DNA of 64,000 nt, from positions 558,001-622,000 of the forward strand of contig QPMI01000416.1 in NCBI GenBank assembly GCA_004431415.1. Reading direction: 5' to 3'. Origin of the DNA: Cyanophora paradoxa CCMP329 (Eukaryota; Plantae; Glaucophyta). The notes under the pieces are model-generated. The model saw only the letters and a program-made list of their open reading frames with translations. It did no database searches and had not been told where the DNA came from. A program made the position numbers and the translations under genes. This document shows, piece by piece, positions 1 through 11,604 of the stretch (position 1 is the stretch's first letter; each line of letters opens with the position of its first letter).

Positions 1-74
1 GATTCGAAGCGCGGTTAACGTTCGAATAATAAAAGCGGCGCCGGCCGGCCAGAAACGTAATCGCGAAAATTCAC

Positions 75-726
75 CGTCAAACATGTCGCGGATCTCGGAC
101 TCCGGCTGACACTCCAGGGCCCCTGGGCGCGCCACCCCAGCGTTGCAGACGACGCCGACTCTGCCGCCCTTGGCGGCCGCCTCGAGAACTTCGGGAAGCC
201 CCCGAACGTGCTGCGCGCGCGGCGTGTCGGCACAGAATCGGACCGGAACGGAGAAAGCGGATCCGGAGGGAAAGGCATAGCCGCTGAGCTAGCTAGCTGC
301 ATGCGCGAATTCGAAGGCTGAGGACCTGCTGAGATTTGGCGCGAAATGATTCTTTCGAATTCAGAGACCTATAGCTAGAGCTAGCTAGAGGCCGGCCCGG
401 CGGACCTGCTCATTCGTCACGTCGAGGAGGATGGGCCGGAGCCTGCTAGAGGCGACGCCGCGCCAGCGGTCGGCCGCGGCGTCGAGCTCGCTCGTGTCGC
501 GGATGCCGGCCAGGACAGTGCACCCGGCCGCGTCGAGCGCGAGCGCCGTCGCCTGGCCGATCCCGCTCGAGCAGCCGGTGACGAGCACCGTGTACGGCTC
601 GAGATTCGAGCGCCGGCCGCCGAGGAACGCCGGCAGCGTGAACGCACGCGCGAACTTCGCGCTCGCCGCTTGAGCGTTGAGTCGGCGGCTGCCAGCGCGC
701 ACGTACGCGTGCATATGCATATGCAT
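75..726 (-). CDS. Short-chain dehydrogenase/reductase, paralogue A (5' part; gene runs off the left edge of the window)
   Basis: Exon 1 (726-406) encodes [11 protein letters not shown] (TGxxxGxG) and LLDVT. After a GT-AG intron, exon 2 (210-75) encodes HVRGLPEVLEAAAKGGRVGVVCNAGVARPGPLECQPESEIRDMFD (NAG motif), followed by a GT donor at 74. Start codon uncertain. Confidence 0.8.
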
Positions 727-2610
727 GTCGCAAGCCCGACGGTCTCGGAACGTTGACACCCGCACAGTGCGACACTATATGGCCAAAGCTTCTCAGACTG
801 CAGCTATATACTATGATAGCTAGCTATAGGCCCAGCCCAGCCTGGCAGCTGCAATGCACGGAGTTAGATGCCTAGCTAGCTAAGCTAGATAGCTATAGGT
901 CAGCCTGGCAGGCCCTGATGCGTATATATACGTGAACGGTGTATGTATACCGTAGTACTACGGTACGTGGGCTGGTATACGTGTATACGTATAAGTATAC
1001 GTAAACTTGTGAGCGTCGCGAATTCGAAGCTGCCGGGCCGCGCGCGCGCGCTGCCCTACGTATATACTGATGCTCACGGCTAGCCTAGCTATAGCAGCGC
1101 TCAGCGCGCCGCCTGCCGTGCTGTGCTTCCGCGCCTTAAGCTTAAACTCCCGGAAGGTCCCCCCCCCCGCGCGCGCGCCGCTGTACATGTGCGCGCTTAT
1201 CGATATCGATGCGCGTGTACGGGTACTAGCTATAGGCTACAACTGGTACTAGCTCGAACTAAGCCTCGAAGCATCATGCATGCGTGCCATGCATGATGCA
1301 TGATCATGATTCATGATGCAGTCTCATGCAGAGCCGATCTAAGCTCGAGCCGTCGTGAGGCTTGTCGCCAAGCCTGGCAATTGCAAGTCGGCTCTGCTTC
1401 GAGGCTCCTAGGATCCTGGGAGTATGCCCGGCACCTGCGGCAGCCAAAAAAGCGTCCGGCTCCGCGAGACGTACTTGAAGTGTAAAAATTAAAATTTCTG
1501 CTTTGTTTTGGCTGCCGCAGGTGCCGGGCATACTCCCAGGATCCTAGGAGCCTCGAAGCAGAGCCGACTTGCAATTGCCAGGCTTGGCGACAAGCCTCAC
1601 GACGGCTCGAGCTTAGATCGGCTCTGCATGAGACTGCATCATGAATCATGATCATGCATGGCACGCATGCTTCGAGCTAGTACCAGTTGTAGCCTATAGC
1701 TAGTACCCGTACACGCGCATCGATATCGTCGATAAGCGCGCACATGTACAGCGGCGCGCGCGCGGGGGACCTTCCGGGAGCTTAAGCTTAAGGCGCGGAA
1801 GCACAGCACGGCAGGCGGCGCGCTGAGCGCTGCTATAGCTAGGCTAGCCGTGAGCATCAGTATATACGTAGGGCAGCGCGCGCGCGCGGCCCGGCAGCTT
1901 CGAATTCGCGACGCTCACAAGTTTACGTATACTTATACGTATACACGTATACCAGCCCACGTACCGTAGTACTACGGTATACATACACCGTTCACGTATA
2001 TATACGCATCAGGGCCTGCCAGGCTAACCTATAGCTATCTAGCTATAGCTATAGCTAGCTAGGCATCTAACTCCGTGCATTGCAGCTGCCAGGCTGGGCT
2101 GGGCCTATAGCTAGCTATCATAGTATATAGCTGCAGTCTGAGAAGCTTTGGCCATATAGTGTCGCACTGTGCGGGTGTCAACGTTCCGAGACCGTCGGGC
2201 TTGCGACATGCATATGCATATGCACGCGTACGTGCGCGCTGGCAGCCGCCGACTCAACGCTCAAGCGGCGAGCGCGAAGTTCGCGCGTGCGTTCACGCTG
2301 CCGGCGTTCCTCGGCGGCCGGCGCTCGAATCTCGAGCCGTACACGGTGCTCGTCACCGGCTGCTCGAGCGGGATCGGCCAGGCGACGGCGCTCGCCCTCC
2401 TCCAAGCCGGCTTCGATGTCCTCGCCGGCGTTCGGAAGCAAGCAGACGCGGAGCGGCTCCAAGCCCGCACAGGGGCCTCAAGCTCGGATGCTCCGCGGCC
2501 GCGCCTCCGCCCCATCCTCCTCGACGTGACGAATGAGCAGGTCCGCCGGGCCGGCCTCTAGCTAGCTCTAGCTATAGGTCTCTGAATTCGAAAGAATTAT
2601 TTCGCGCCAA
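336..2610. repeat. Long near-perfect inverted repeat (arms about 336-1449 and 1506-2610, 56-bp spacer)
   Basis: The arms are reverse complements with a few small indels, except for one diverged coding island (about 436-540 vs 2395-2510). Confidence 0.95.
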
Positions 2611-3852
2611 GTCTTATTTCGTGCATGCGCAGCACGTCAGGGAGCTGCCCGAGAAGGTCGGGGAGGCGGCCGCCGGCAGGCGGGTGGGTATCGTTAACAA
2701 TGCCGGCGTGGGATGGTGCGCCTCGGGCCCGGCCGCCGGCCCCTGAGGCCCTTCGCCAGCTTTAGATTTCCTTGCAATTGGCCCTTGATGAATTTATAAT
2801 TAACCCCTCGAGCTCCCATCAGGTTTGGTCCGCTGGAGATGCAGCCAATGTCCGAAATTCGGCACATGTTCGACGGTGCCAGCCAGGCTTGAATTGAATT
2901 AAGGCTACCCCGAAGTAAAGCTTACAATTAATTATATAAACTCGTTCGCAGTTAACGTCTTCGGGGTCATTTCGGTGACTCAGGCGCTGCTGCCGATGAT
3001 CCGCAGCACGCGCGGGCGCGTCGTCCTCGTCGGATCCAGTGCGCTTTGGAGCTTATAATTAATCGCAGAGCTGCAGAGAAAATATTCTTCTACATGCACA
3101 CTGACCGCAAATTCGCGTGCCTGGTTCTTGCAGTCAGAGGATTTCTGTCGGTTGATTTCAGCGGCGGCTACGCGGTGCGTCGGACGCTCGGCCGGGGGGC
3201 CTAGCTGTAGCTGTAGGCCTAGCCTGTAGCTGACCGTCGGGCACGAGGCCTCCAAAAGCATGGCGCGAGCTCTGGCGTCGCGTCTGTGCCAGGGCTTATA
3301 TAGACCTAGGCTAGCTATCTAAATATTATAGGTCTGCCGCGGGGCCGGGTCTTTAACAGGAAGCTGGTGCACAGGCGACGAAATACGCCGTGGAAGCGAT
3401 CGGTGACAGCTTGCGGCGGGAGCTCCGGCCCTTCGGCGTACCCGTCTCCATCATCGAGCCCGTGCGAACGCAGAGCTCTTCCTTCGGATGGCAATTGATT
3501 CGAAGGCATCCGACGCGCGAGCGCAGGCCTTCACGCAGTCTCATATGACCGACGAGCAGCACGTGAATGACTCTTACCGTAAGGTACAAGCCCAGCTGTG
3601 CCCCCGGGCCCCGAATTTTTCGCGATATTCATCAGAACGGGCGCATGCGCAGGCCGTGAGCCGGAGCGGGCCCTACGAGGAGTCCCTAAGGCGGAACTGG
3701 ACGATGTGCAGGCAAGGAATGGCGCGGGCCGCTCCAGCCTCGCTGGTCGCGGAATCTGTGCTGCAAGCTCTGACTTCACCCGAGCCAAGAGACAGGCACG
3801 CGCGTCTACGAATATATATATATAGCCACCGCTTCATCATCGCTTTTTGAAT

Positions 3853-3946
<94 letters not shown>

Positions 3947-4144
3947 GCGCTCTCCCCTTCGCTTTTGAATCACATATTGCGAGGCAGGTATCGCGTGGGC
4001 GCCGGGTTCTCCGCCGAGCGGGCGGCGTGGCTCGCTCGCCTGCCCGCCTCCATCGTAGACAAGATTTTAGCGGACGACCTACAAAGCTTCGAGCCATATG
4101 AAGAAAGCACCGGTACCGGTGAAGATGGTTATTCGACGAAATAA
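2208..4144 (+). CDS. Short-chain dehydrogenase/reductase, paralogue B (retinol/17beta-HSD-like), about 9 exons
   Basis: The spliced product contains [20 protein letters not shown], catalytic YAATK (split by the intron at 3175-3373), [16 protein letters not shown] and PRDRYRVG. Stop TAA at 4142-4144. Confidence 0.88.
3856..3943. repeat. (TA)n microsatellite in the last SDR-B intron
   Basis: About 44 uninterrupted TA units. Confidence 0.97.
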
Positions 4145-5275
4145 GTAGTTCGAATTCATATAAGAGATCTCGCTTCTTAAATAATTATTGAATGTAAAAG
4201 ATCAGGACGCGTCTCTGTTTTAATGTAATTGCATTTAAAGGATTACAAGCGCATGTACATTTCCACGCCCCGAAAGCAATCGCGAGCATCGCTGCGCACA
4301 AATGTGAACAAACGAACTTCGGAATATATATATAAGATGCTTAAGATTCTATAACATGCTATATCATGCCGGGGCATAAAAACCTAGCCGCTGAGCTATT
4401 TTAATATCTGCCGCGGGGCCCCGGGGCCGGGTCTTATGAAGAAAGCACCGGCACCGGTGAACATGTACACGGTTTTTCCATGAAATAAGTAACAATATAA
4501 CAGATGTCGCTTCTTACATAATTATTGAATGTAAAAGATCAGGAGCGGCTCTTTTTGAATGCAAAGGATTATAATTACATGCGCGCGTATCAGTATGCAT
4601 GAGGCACAATAAATCGAATTCCCGTTCCCGTCGTGCATTAATGGACGGCCCTCAAGAATATCTTCTAGCGTGCATTTGGAAGCGTTGCGGAAAATTCCCC
4701 CTGCCCAAGCTTGGCTCACGATCACGCAAATGTACATGTATTTGGGGCAGAAAGCGTACTACGGTAGAAATCGCAATCACAATACGTAGAAATAAATTAT
4801 AGATAAGGGAGTACGCGAACCAGAGGATGAAACTAAGGGAAGCTTGGTTGTAAGATCTAGAGAGAGCTTTAGCTACAGCGATATAGAAGACAGCTTACAA
4901 TTGATTATAAGATAGCGAAACGGAAAGTCCAAATACAATTAAGATCTAATGTAAACGAAACTACGGGACTGTAGCTACGCCGCTCGCGTTTGCAAGTGCT
5001 GCAAGATTCCACGCCCGCGCAGCGATGAAGCAACAGGCGGCTGCAGTCTCCAGTTTGCTCCGCACTCGCGATCGTGTGGTCGCGGGACTGGCACGGGATC
5101 AACGCCGTCGACGTCGGCTGGAGCGCGCGCATCGCCGAGAAACAACGCCTCGAAAACAGCGACACCAGCCTCTGCACAGAGCTCGAAGAATTTCTCGTAC
5201 AGAAGGCGCTCTGTGTGCGCCCTCGGCGTAAGCTTAAGCTTAATTATAAGCTTCGATTTCGGGAATTAATGCAGG

Positions 5276-7332
5276 CTAGAGCTCCAATTGCAAGGCCGGA
5301 TCCGGAGCGACGCGCGCGCGCGTACCAGCTGCAGGGTCACCCTTTGCGTCGCCGCGAGCGCGTGCGCCCCGAGTGTTGACGTTGGTGTCGCGTGCGCATG
5401 CAGAGTCGCCTTGGGGCGCGGCCTTGGTGAGCTTGGTCTTCTGATTGGGCTTCTTCCGATCCTTGAGCGTGCCGAGATAGAAGAGAGCGCCGTTCCACGC
5501 CCCCAAAGCGAGCATCGCTGCGCACAAATATTAATGCGAACAAACGCACTTCGGAATTGCAAATTGAGAGGTTGAAAATGCGTGCGCTCACACAAGAGGA
5601 ACAGCAGATGCAAGTAGTAGAATCGGAAGAAGAGAAAGCCGGGAATAATGCAGAGAACTTCGCGATCGGCGAGTTTGTCGTCAGAACGAAATCGAATCCA
5701 TCACGCGAAAAGCAATATTAATGCGGGCACGGCGGATGGCGTACCAGTGTAGGAGAACTGAACCGACATGAACGCCGTATTCATTGCGCCGGTTCCCTTC
5801 GCCGCATACGACAGGCACCCGCTCCCAACGCGTGTCTATGTAATTCTTCGGTAAGAGAGATACAGAACGGCTGGAGAGCTAGCGCTGGGGCGTTGGACGA
5901 ACACGAGAGTCAAAGGCGTGCAGACGGAACGAGGTCATGATGCTCGGATCCCGCTCCAGCTTGGCCCTGTCCAGGACCTCGGTTTTCAGGAGGTAGAGGC
6001 CTTGCCAGGCGCAGTACACCGCCACCGGCAGGACGATTGCGGCTGCGCATGCGCCCCATCGTGTCAGCCCGCTGCAGCTGCCGCGCCCCGGCCCGGCCCG
6101 CCTCGAGATACGCTTAAATTCGAAACAAGTATTGTGCGCTTGGCTCCGTGCACCATGGAAAGAGAGCCAGCCGCCATCACCTGCGGCGCTCTCCACCGCA
6201 AAGCCGGCAGGCGTGAACCAGCGGAGGCAGAAAGTCACTACACACGGCGTATTTCAGGCGATCGTAAAACCAAATGCAAGCTACGGCGGAAAGGGCGGGG
6301 GCGGAGCGAACCGAGCGGTGGGAAAGCGTGAACGAATAGTGTCGTCATCTTCTCGATGTCGTGGAAAATGAGCGAATTCCTGCACCTTCGCAAAGGGTCA
6401 GCTTTTCGTTCACGAATTCGCACTAAATTGTATAAAGATCAGAAACTTCGCACGATGGAATCGCGATCGCCAGCGGACCATTGATGCAGACGAAAAGGGT
6501 CTGCAGTTACTATTACCGTAGTACAGGGGCCGATCATCGATTATTCTTGAGGAGTGGGGCTTACCTGAAAAAGCAGCGGGCTGCGGGGCATGCAGTAGAT
6601 ATTGAGCAGCAAGAGAGCTTGTATAAAGTAGCAATAATCCTGCATATCGCATCATGATCATGTTAAGTCTTCGCGTCGATTTATCGCCGCGGAAAAAAAC
6701 AATCTTTAAAAAACCAGCCGCGGCGCACAATCAGGAAATAGAGCCCTGCGCGACAGAAGCAGATATCAGCATTATATTACGTTTAAATTAAAGCATCCTG
6801 GAAGCGGATACGCACATTTCCGAGAACGGTAGTCGATGAACCGCATCGTCATTAACTGTGAGCAAGGAATTAAATCGAAAAAAGAAGGTTAAGGAAGCCG
6901 AGAAGATATTAGCATTAGCCGCGGGTTTCGATTCGGGAAGTGTTGCGCACGACGCCGAACGAGACAGTGTACCACCGGAAGAAGCTGGACGGCTCATGCA
7001 CCAGGATGAACTCGGATAGGCAGACGAAGACGACGCCCGCCAGGAATTTGATGGCGGCCTGCAGCTGGGCGTGTCCGCCCGAGTTGCTCTTCGAGCTCCT
7101 CGCACGCGCGCGCTCAGCCCATTGTTGCTGCGAAATTCATTTCATGATCGTGTTCGTCTTTTGAAATTTCGCGCTGACGGCGCGCGCGCCCAGGCCCACG
7201 CGGGCTGACCCTTTCAGCCAGCTGGAGGCCCAGATGAGCGTGTGCCAGGTGTGCAGGCGCATGTGCTCTTTTCCCCTTCGAGTTCCCCTCGCTTTTTCCC
7301 TCGCGATCGGCCCTGCATTCCTCCACCTGCAT
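5276..7332 (-). CDS. GPC1: Glycerophosphocholine acyltransferase (GPC1/GPCAT, DUF2838 family), copy 1, multi-exon
   Basis: Spliced motifs MRFIDYRSRK-WLYFLI-DYCYF, NGPLAIAI, RNSLIFHDIEKMTTLFVHAFPP, WQGLYLLKTE, DPSIMTSFR and WNGALFYL match remembered GPC1 family motifs. Many hydrophobic segments. Confidence 0.8.
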
Positions 7333-7999
7333 GCGCGAAAGCGTTGTCAGCGGCTCGAATGAAACTGCGAATCTTCTGCAAGCTCGAGATTTGTAGAGGC
7401 GGACCGTTACTGGTATGTATATGTGCTTGAATGCACATGCGCGGATCGGGATCATGCACGTGCACGCCAGCCCACTCATAATATCAGCAATTGCGCTACC
7501 AACAACAATGATATCATGATCGATATCAAAACAATCTTGATCATGATGCAGACCTTCGTCTGTCGAACTCACTCCGTCTCGCATGTGCATCATGAATATG
7601 CATGCGCACCGCTGAATGATCAGGGACGTGATCGCACGATGGCTTGACAACCTCGCAGAACGATACCGAATTGCGCGAAAGGCCTGCAGGGGCCATGATC
7701 GTCGCTCAATTGCAAGAGCCTTGCGCGGCGATATAGTAGCCTATTTGGTCGACTATAGCTAGTACGTATACTGTCACATGTACAGTGTGCCCAGCTGCAG
7801 CCCTATATACTATCATATATATATATAGCTGCTACGTATACCGTACAGACGGCCGCGGTATACGTACTACGCCGTAGTACGGTCCAACTCTAGGCGCCGC
7901 TAGCCTACTACCTAGTAGTAGGCTACTAGTAGCTATAGGCGCCGCTACGTCTGCTACCAGTAGCTGGCTCTAAGCTGAGTATTATCTGCTGACTCCGTA

Positions 8000-8244
8000 C
8001 TGTAAACGTAGGAATCTTCGACAGCGTCTTTATTTCGTCTATATTCGTCAGACCCGAGCTTTGATCATGATGAATATTTGATGCTCTTGAACTGAATTTT
8101 TGTATGGAGAGGGGTACTAAGGGCTGACTCTTCTATGGCGGAGTCGCGGGGCTGACGAAAATATGATGCTGTCGAACCATATTTTCGTCAAGATTTTCAG
8201 GTTTTGTCGAAATTAAGTCTCGACGAACTTTCCTACGTTTACAG
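8000..8244. mobile_element. MITE, Tc1/mariner-type (TA target duplication)
   Basis: Perfect 15-bp TIR CTGTAAACGTAGGAA...TTCCTACGTTTACAG with TA on both sides; internal TTCGTC/GACGAA subterminal repeats. Confidence 0.85.
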
Positions 8245-8323
8245 TATTAGAGTCCGTAATGAGTCCGCAATGACTCCGTAATGACGCCATTACGGCGCGT
8301 CCGACGGTCATCCACTCGTCGTA

Positions 8324-8565
8324 CCGTAAAACACTTAATTATATAATTAAATATAATTAATGCGCCAGATATTAATGCGCGTTTTTGGACTCGGACCCCT
8401 AATATAAACTATTAATGCAGCATGATCATGAAATTAATGCGTTTTGCAGCTTTTTGGCTGCGTTAGGGGGGTACATACAGCGGCCTCTTATTAATGCGCC
8501 CCAAATCAATGCGTTTTGCCAGCGGAATGCGTATTAATTTGCCAAGTTGGGGGCACATTTAACGG
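8324..8565. mobile_element. Probable MITE with CCGT termini (Tc2-like), TA-flanked
   Basis: TA-CCGTAAAA...TTTAACGG-TA (7/8 TIR match); AT-rich with repeated ATTAATGCG. Confidence 0.55.
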
Positions 8566-8805
8566 TAGTAACGGTACCACACGGATCCGTAAGGGGGTAA
8601 AAAGGCTATCATAGTATGGCCCCACGGCCCCTACGGGCCCTACCCAGGTAGAGGTCAAGGTACCGTAGTACGCGTCTCGCCGAGTCGAGCTCACGGTCTA
8701 GCATATGCATTATAATGCATATGCATGCGCACGGTCTACTAGGCTAGGGCCAAACTAGGGGTCCCCAAGGTCGCTCGGAGTCGACGTCTAGATCTTTGCA
8801 AAGTT

Positions 8806-9032
8806 GGGGTCATTTCGGTGACGCAGGCTAGCTATAGGATTTCTCTCGCGATCGGTTGATTTCGAATTCAGCGCTAGCGGCGGCTACGCAGTGCGTCGGG
8901 CGCCCTCGCGGCCGGCCGCGGGGCTTAGCTATAGCTGTCAGTGTAGGCCTGGCCTAGCTATAGGCCTGTCGCTGACCGTCGGCTACGAGGCTTCTAAAAG
9001 CATGGCTCGAGCTCTCAGAGTCTAGCGTCGCG
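8806..9032 (+). pseudogene. Decayed SDR fragment (start of exon 4, exon 5, intron 5), resuming at about 10594-10611
   Basis: Aligns to SDR-B 2963-2984 and 3138-3283. The exon-6 start CAGGCGACGAAGTACGCC reappears near 10594. Carries deletions and many small insertions. Confidence 0.8.
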
Positions 9033-9087
9033 CCGGCGGCGCCGCCGGGCCGCGTAGTGGCCCGGCCGCGATTTTCGCGCCGGGGGG

Positions 9088-10564
9088 GCAAGGGGGGAAC
9101 TGGCCGCGGGATCTAACGAAAGAGTCCTAGTGGCGCGCACATGCGCGCGGCAGAAGTTGCCGCAGGTCGAAGGTTAAAGATAAACACAGATTATGATTGG
9201 AAAAATAGAAAAGGCCCGATGACTCCGGCGATGAGCACACGCTGCGATGGAAATCGAATATTTAATAAAAAAAGAGTAAATGAAAGGACAGACTCGAGCT
9301 CAGCGCACACTATTGGAAAGATTGTTCTGGAGCCAAAAAACGCTCCGCATCATGATCAACTCTCTTCGCACGGCGCCGGCCTACCGCTAAGCCTGAACAG
9401 CTGGCTAAAAGATGATGGTGCTGTCTGCAGAGGGCTCGTCGTAGATGTAGTCGATCCAGGCCTTCTGGAGGGGATCGGGGCGGAAGTCGACCTTGGGGGT
9501 GAGCGGCAGCCACTGGGCCAGCGGCGCCGGTCCTGAAGAGAGCCGTCTTGCAAGAGCATGGTGAGGCGGCCCGCCGCCTCGAGCGCCCGCAGCCTGGCAG
9601 AGCCGCGCGGCTGGCGCGCTGCTCGCTCCCGCCGCGCATCTGGTAGACAAGGTCTTGAATTTCGACGTCCGCGAGGCTGGCGGCGCGCAGGCGCTCCACG
9701 ACCCCCTCGTGGAGGTCCTCGATCGATGTCGCAGGCCCGCATCATGAACAGACATCAGCTATGGGCGATGCACTTCAATATCAATCAAACTGCGCGCACC
9801 CGACAAAGCGAACGACGAAGCGATCCTGCCGCCCAGCCGCGAGTGCGTCGACGGTCGCTAAAGCGAAGGCGACGGCTTGCTCGCGCATGGGGGGGAAGCC
9901 AGCCCAGTCGGGGAGCTCGCGGACGAGAATGAGCAGCGGCTTCACCGCTTGCGCCGCACGCGCTCCGTCCGCGTTGCAATTGTTGCAATTGGCCGCGCTC
10001 CGGATCCGCGCGCGCGCAGCACGATCGCGAGTGCCGGGCAGCTGCAGCGTGCTCGGCTGCGGGCAGCGGCGCGCGCCTCGATCCGGTTCTGCGGTGCAAG
10101 CTCGATGCATGCAGTCGAGCGTAGTCCAGGCGGCACGCGTACCGTGCGGCGTACGCGGCGCAGTGCGAGGAAGCCGAAATCTAGAGGAGACAGCTAGGGA
10201 GAAGTGCTTGCCATGCAAAACCGCCGCATGCATGCGCATATGCATATGACGCAGCGCACCGCCGCGCGAGCGAGAGCCCAGATCTAGATCTAGAGGAGTG
10301 ATCATGAGAGCGAAGTTGGTTCAACGGTTTTTTTCCCCTCGAAAACCAGTTTTCGCGAGTTCGAGAGAGCTCTCGCGAGCTTGACTTTGACGCTCGAAAG
10401 TCGAAGGCTGACCGGTCCACCGAGCCAGTCGGAACGCGAATAAGCCCCATTTTTTCCCGTGTTGCATACTGGCCCTCGGAAACGGCCTCATAGAAAAATT
10501 TTGCCTGAAGCGAGGGAACGGGAAGCAAGCTGGGAGAAGCCCTTCGGTCTTCTTCCCCCCTTGC
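9088..10564. mobile_element. Insertion bounded by 12-bp inverted repeats, carrying a degenerate minus-strand gene fragment
   Basis: GCAAGGGGGGAA (9088) and TTCCCCCCTTGC (10564); sits inside the SDR pseudogene intron; no clear TSD. Confidence 0.45.
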
Positions 10565-11604
10565 AATATACGCGCATGACCGATATCCGCGCGCAGGCGA
10601 CGAAGTACGCCTAATTATATATATATATATATATAAGATGCTTAAGATTCTATAACATGCTATATCATGCCGGGGCCTAAAAAGCTAGCCGCTGAACTAT
10701 TTTAATATCTGCCGCGGGGCCCCGGGGCCGGGTCTTATGAAGAAAGCACCGGCACCGGTGAACATGTACACGGTTATTCCCTGAAATAAGTAACAATATA
10801 ACAGATGTCGCTTCTACATATATAATTATTGAATGTAAAAGATCAGGAGCGGCTCTTTTTGAATGCAAAGGATTATAATTACATGCGCCGCGGCGCGTGT
10901 ATCAGCTGCAGTATGCATGAGGCACAATAAATTACATATTAAATTCGAATTCCCGTTCCCGTCGTGCATTGATGGACGGCCCTCAAGAATATCTTCTAGC
11001 GTGCATTTGGAAGCGTTGCGGAAAATTCCCCCTGCCCAAGCTTGGCTCACGATCACGCAAATGTACATGTATTTGGGGCAGAAAGCGTACTACGGTAGAA
11101 ATCGCAATCACAATACGTAGAAATAAATTATAAATAAGGGATTACGCGAACCAGAGGATGAAACTAAGGGAAGCTTGGTTGTAAGATCTCAGAGTCTAGA
11201 GAGAGCTTTAGCTACAGCGATATAGAAGACAGCTTACAATTGATTATAAGATAGCGAAACGGAAAGTCCAAATACAATTAAGATCTAATGTAAACGAAAC
11301 TACGGGACTGTAGCTACGCCGCTCGCGTTTGCAAGTGCTGCAAGATTCCACGCCCGCGCAGCGATGAAGCAACAGGCGGCTGCAGTCTCCAGTTTGCTCC
11401 GCACTCGCGATCGTGTGGTCGCGGGACTGGCACGGGATCAACGCCGTCGACGTCGGCTGGAGCGCGCGCATCGCCGAGAAACAACGCCTCGAAAACAGCG
11501 ACACCAGCCTCTGCACAGAGCTCGAAGAATTTCTCGTACAGAAGGCGCTCTGCATGCGCCCTCGGCGTAAGCTTAAGCTTAATTATTAGCTTCGATTTCG
11601 GGAA

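Noticed and set aside
336-2610. Palindrome as a pure fold-back assembly artefact
   Set aside because: The arms differ by several indels and a coherent in-frame island, and each arm leads into its own distinct exon 2. Not fully excluded without reads.
3847-4101. ORFs with YIYIYI runs
   Set aside because: Translation of the intronic (TA)n microsatellite.
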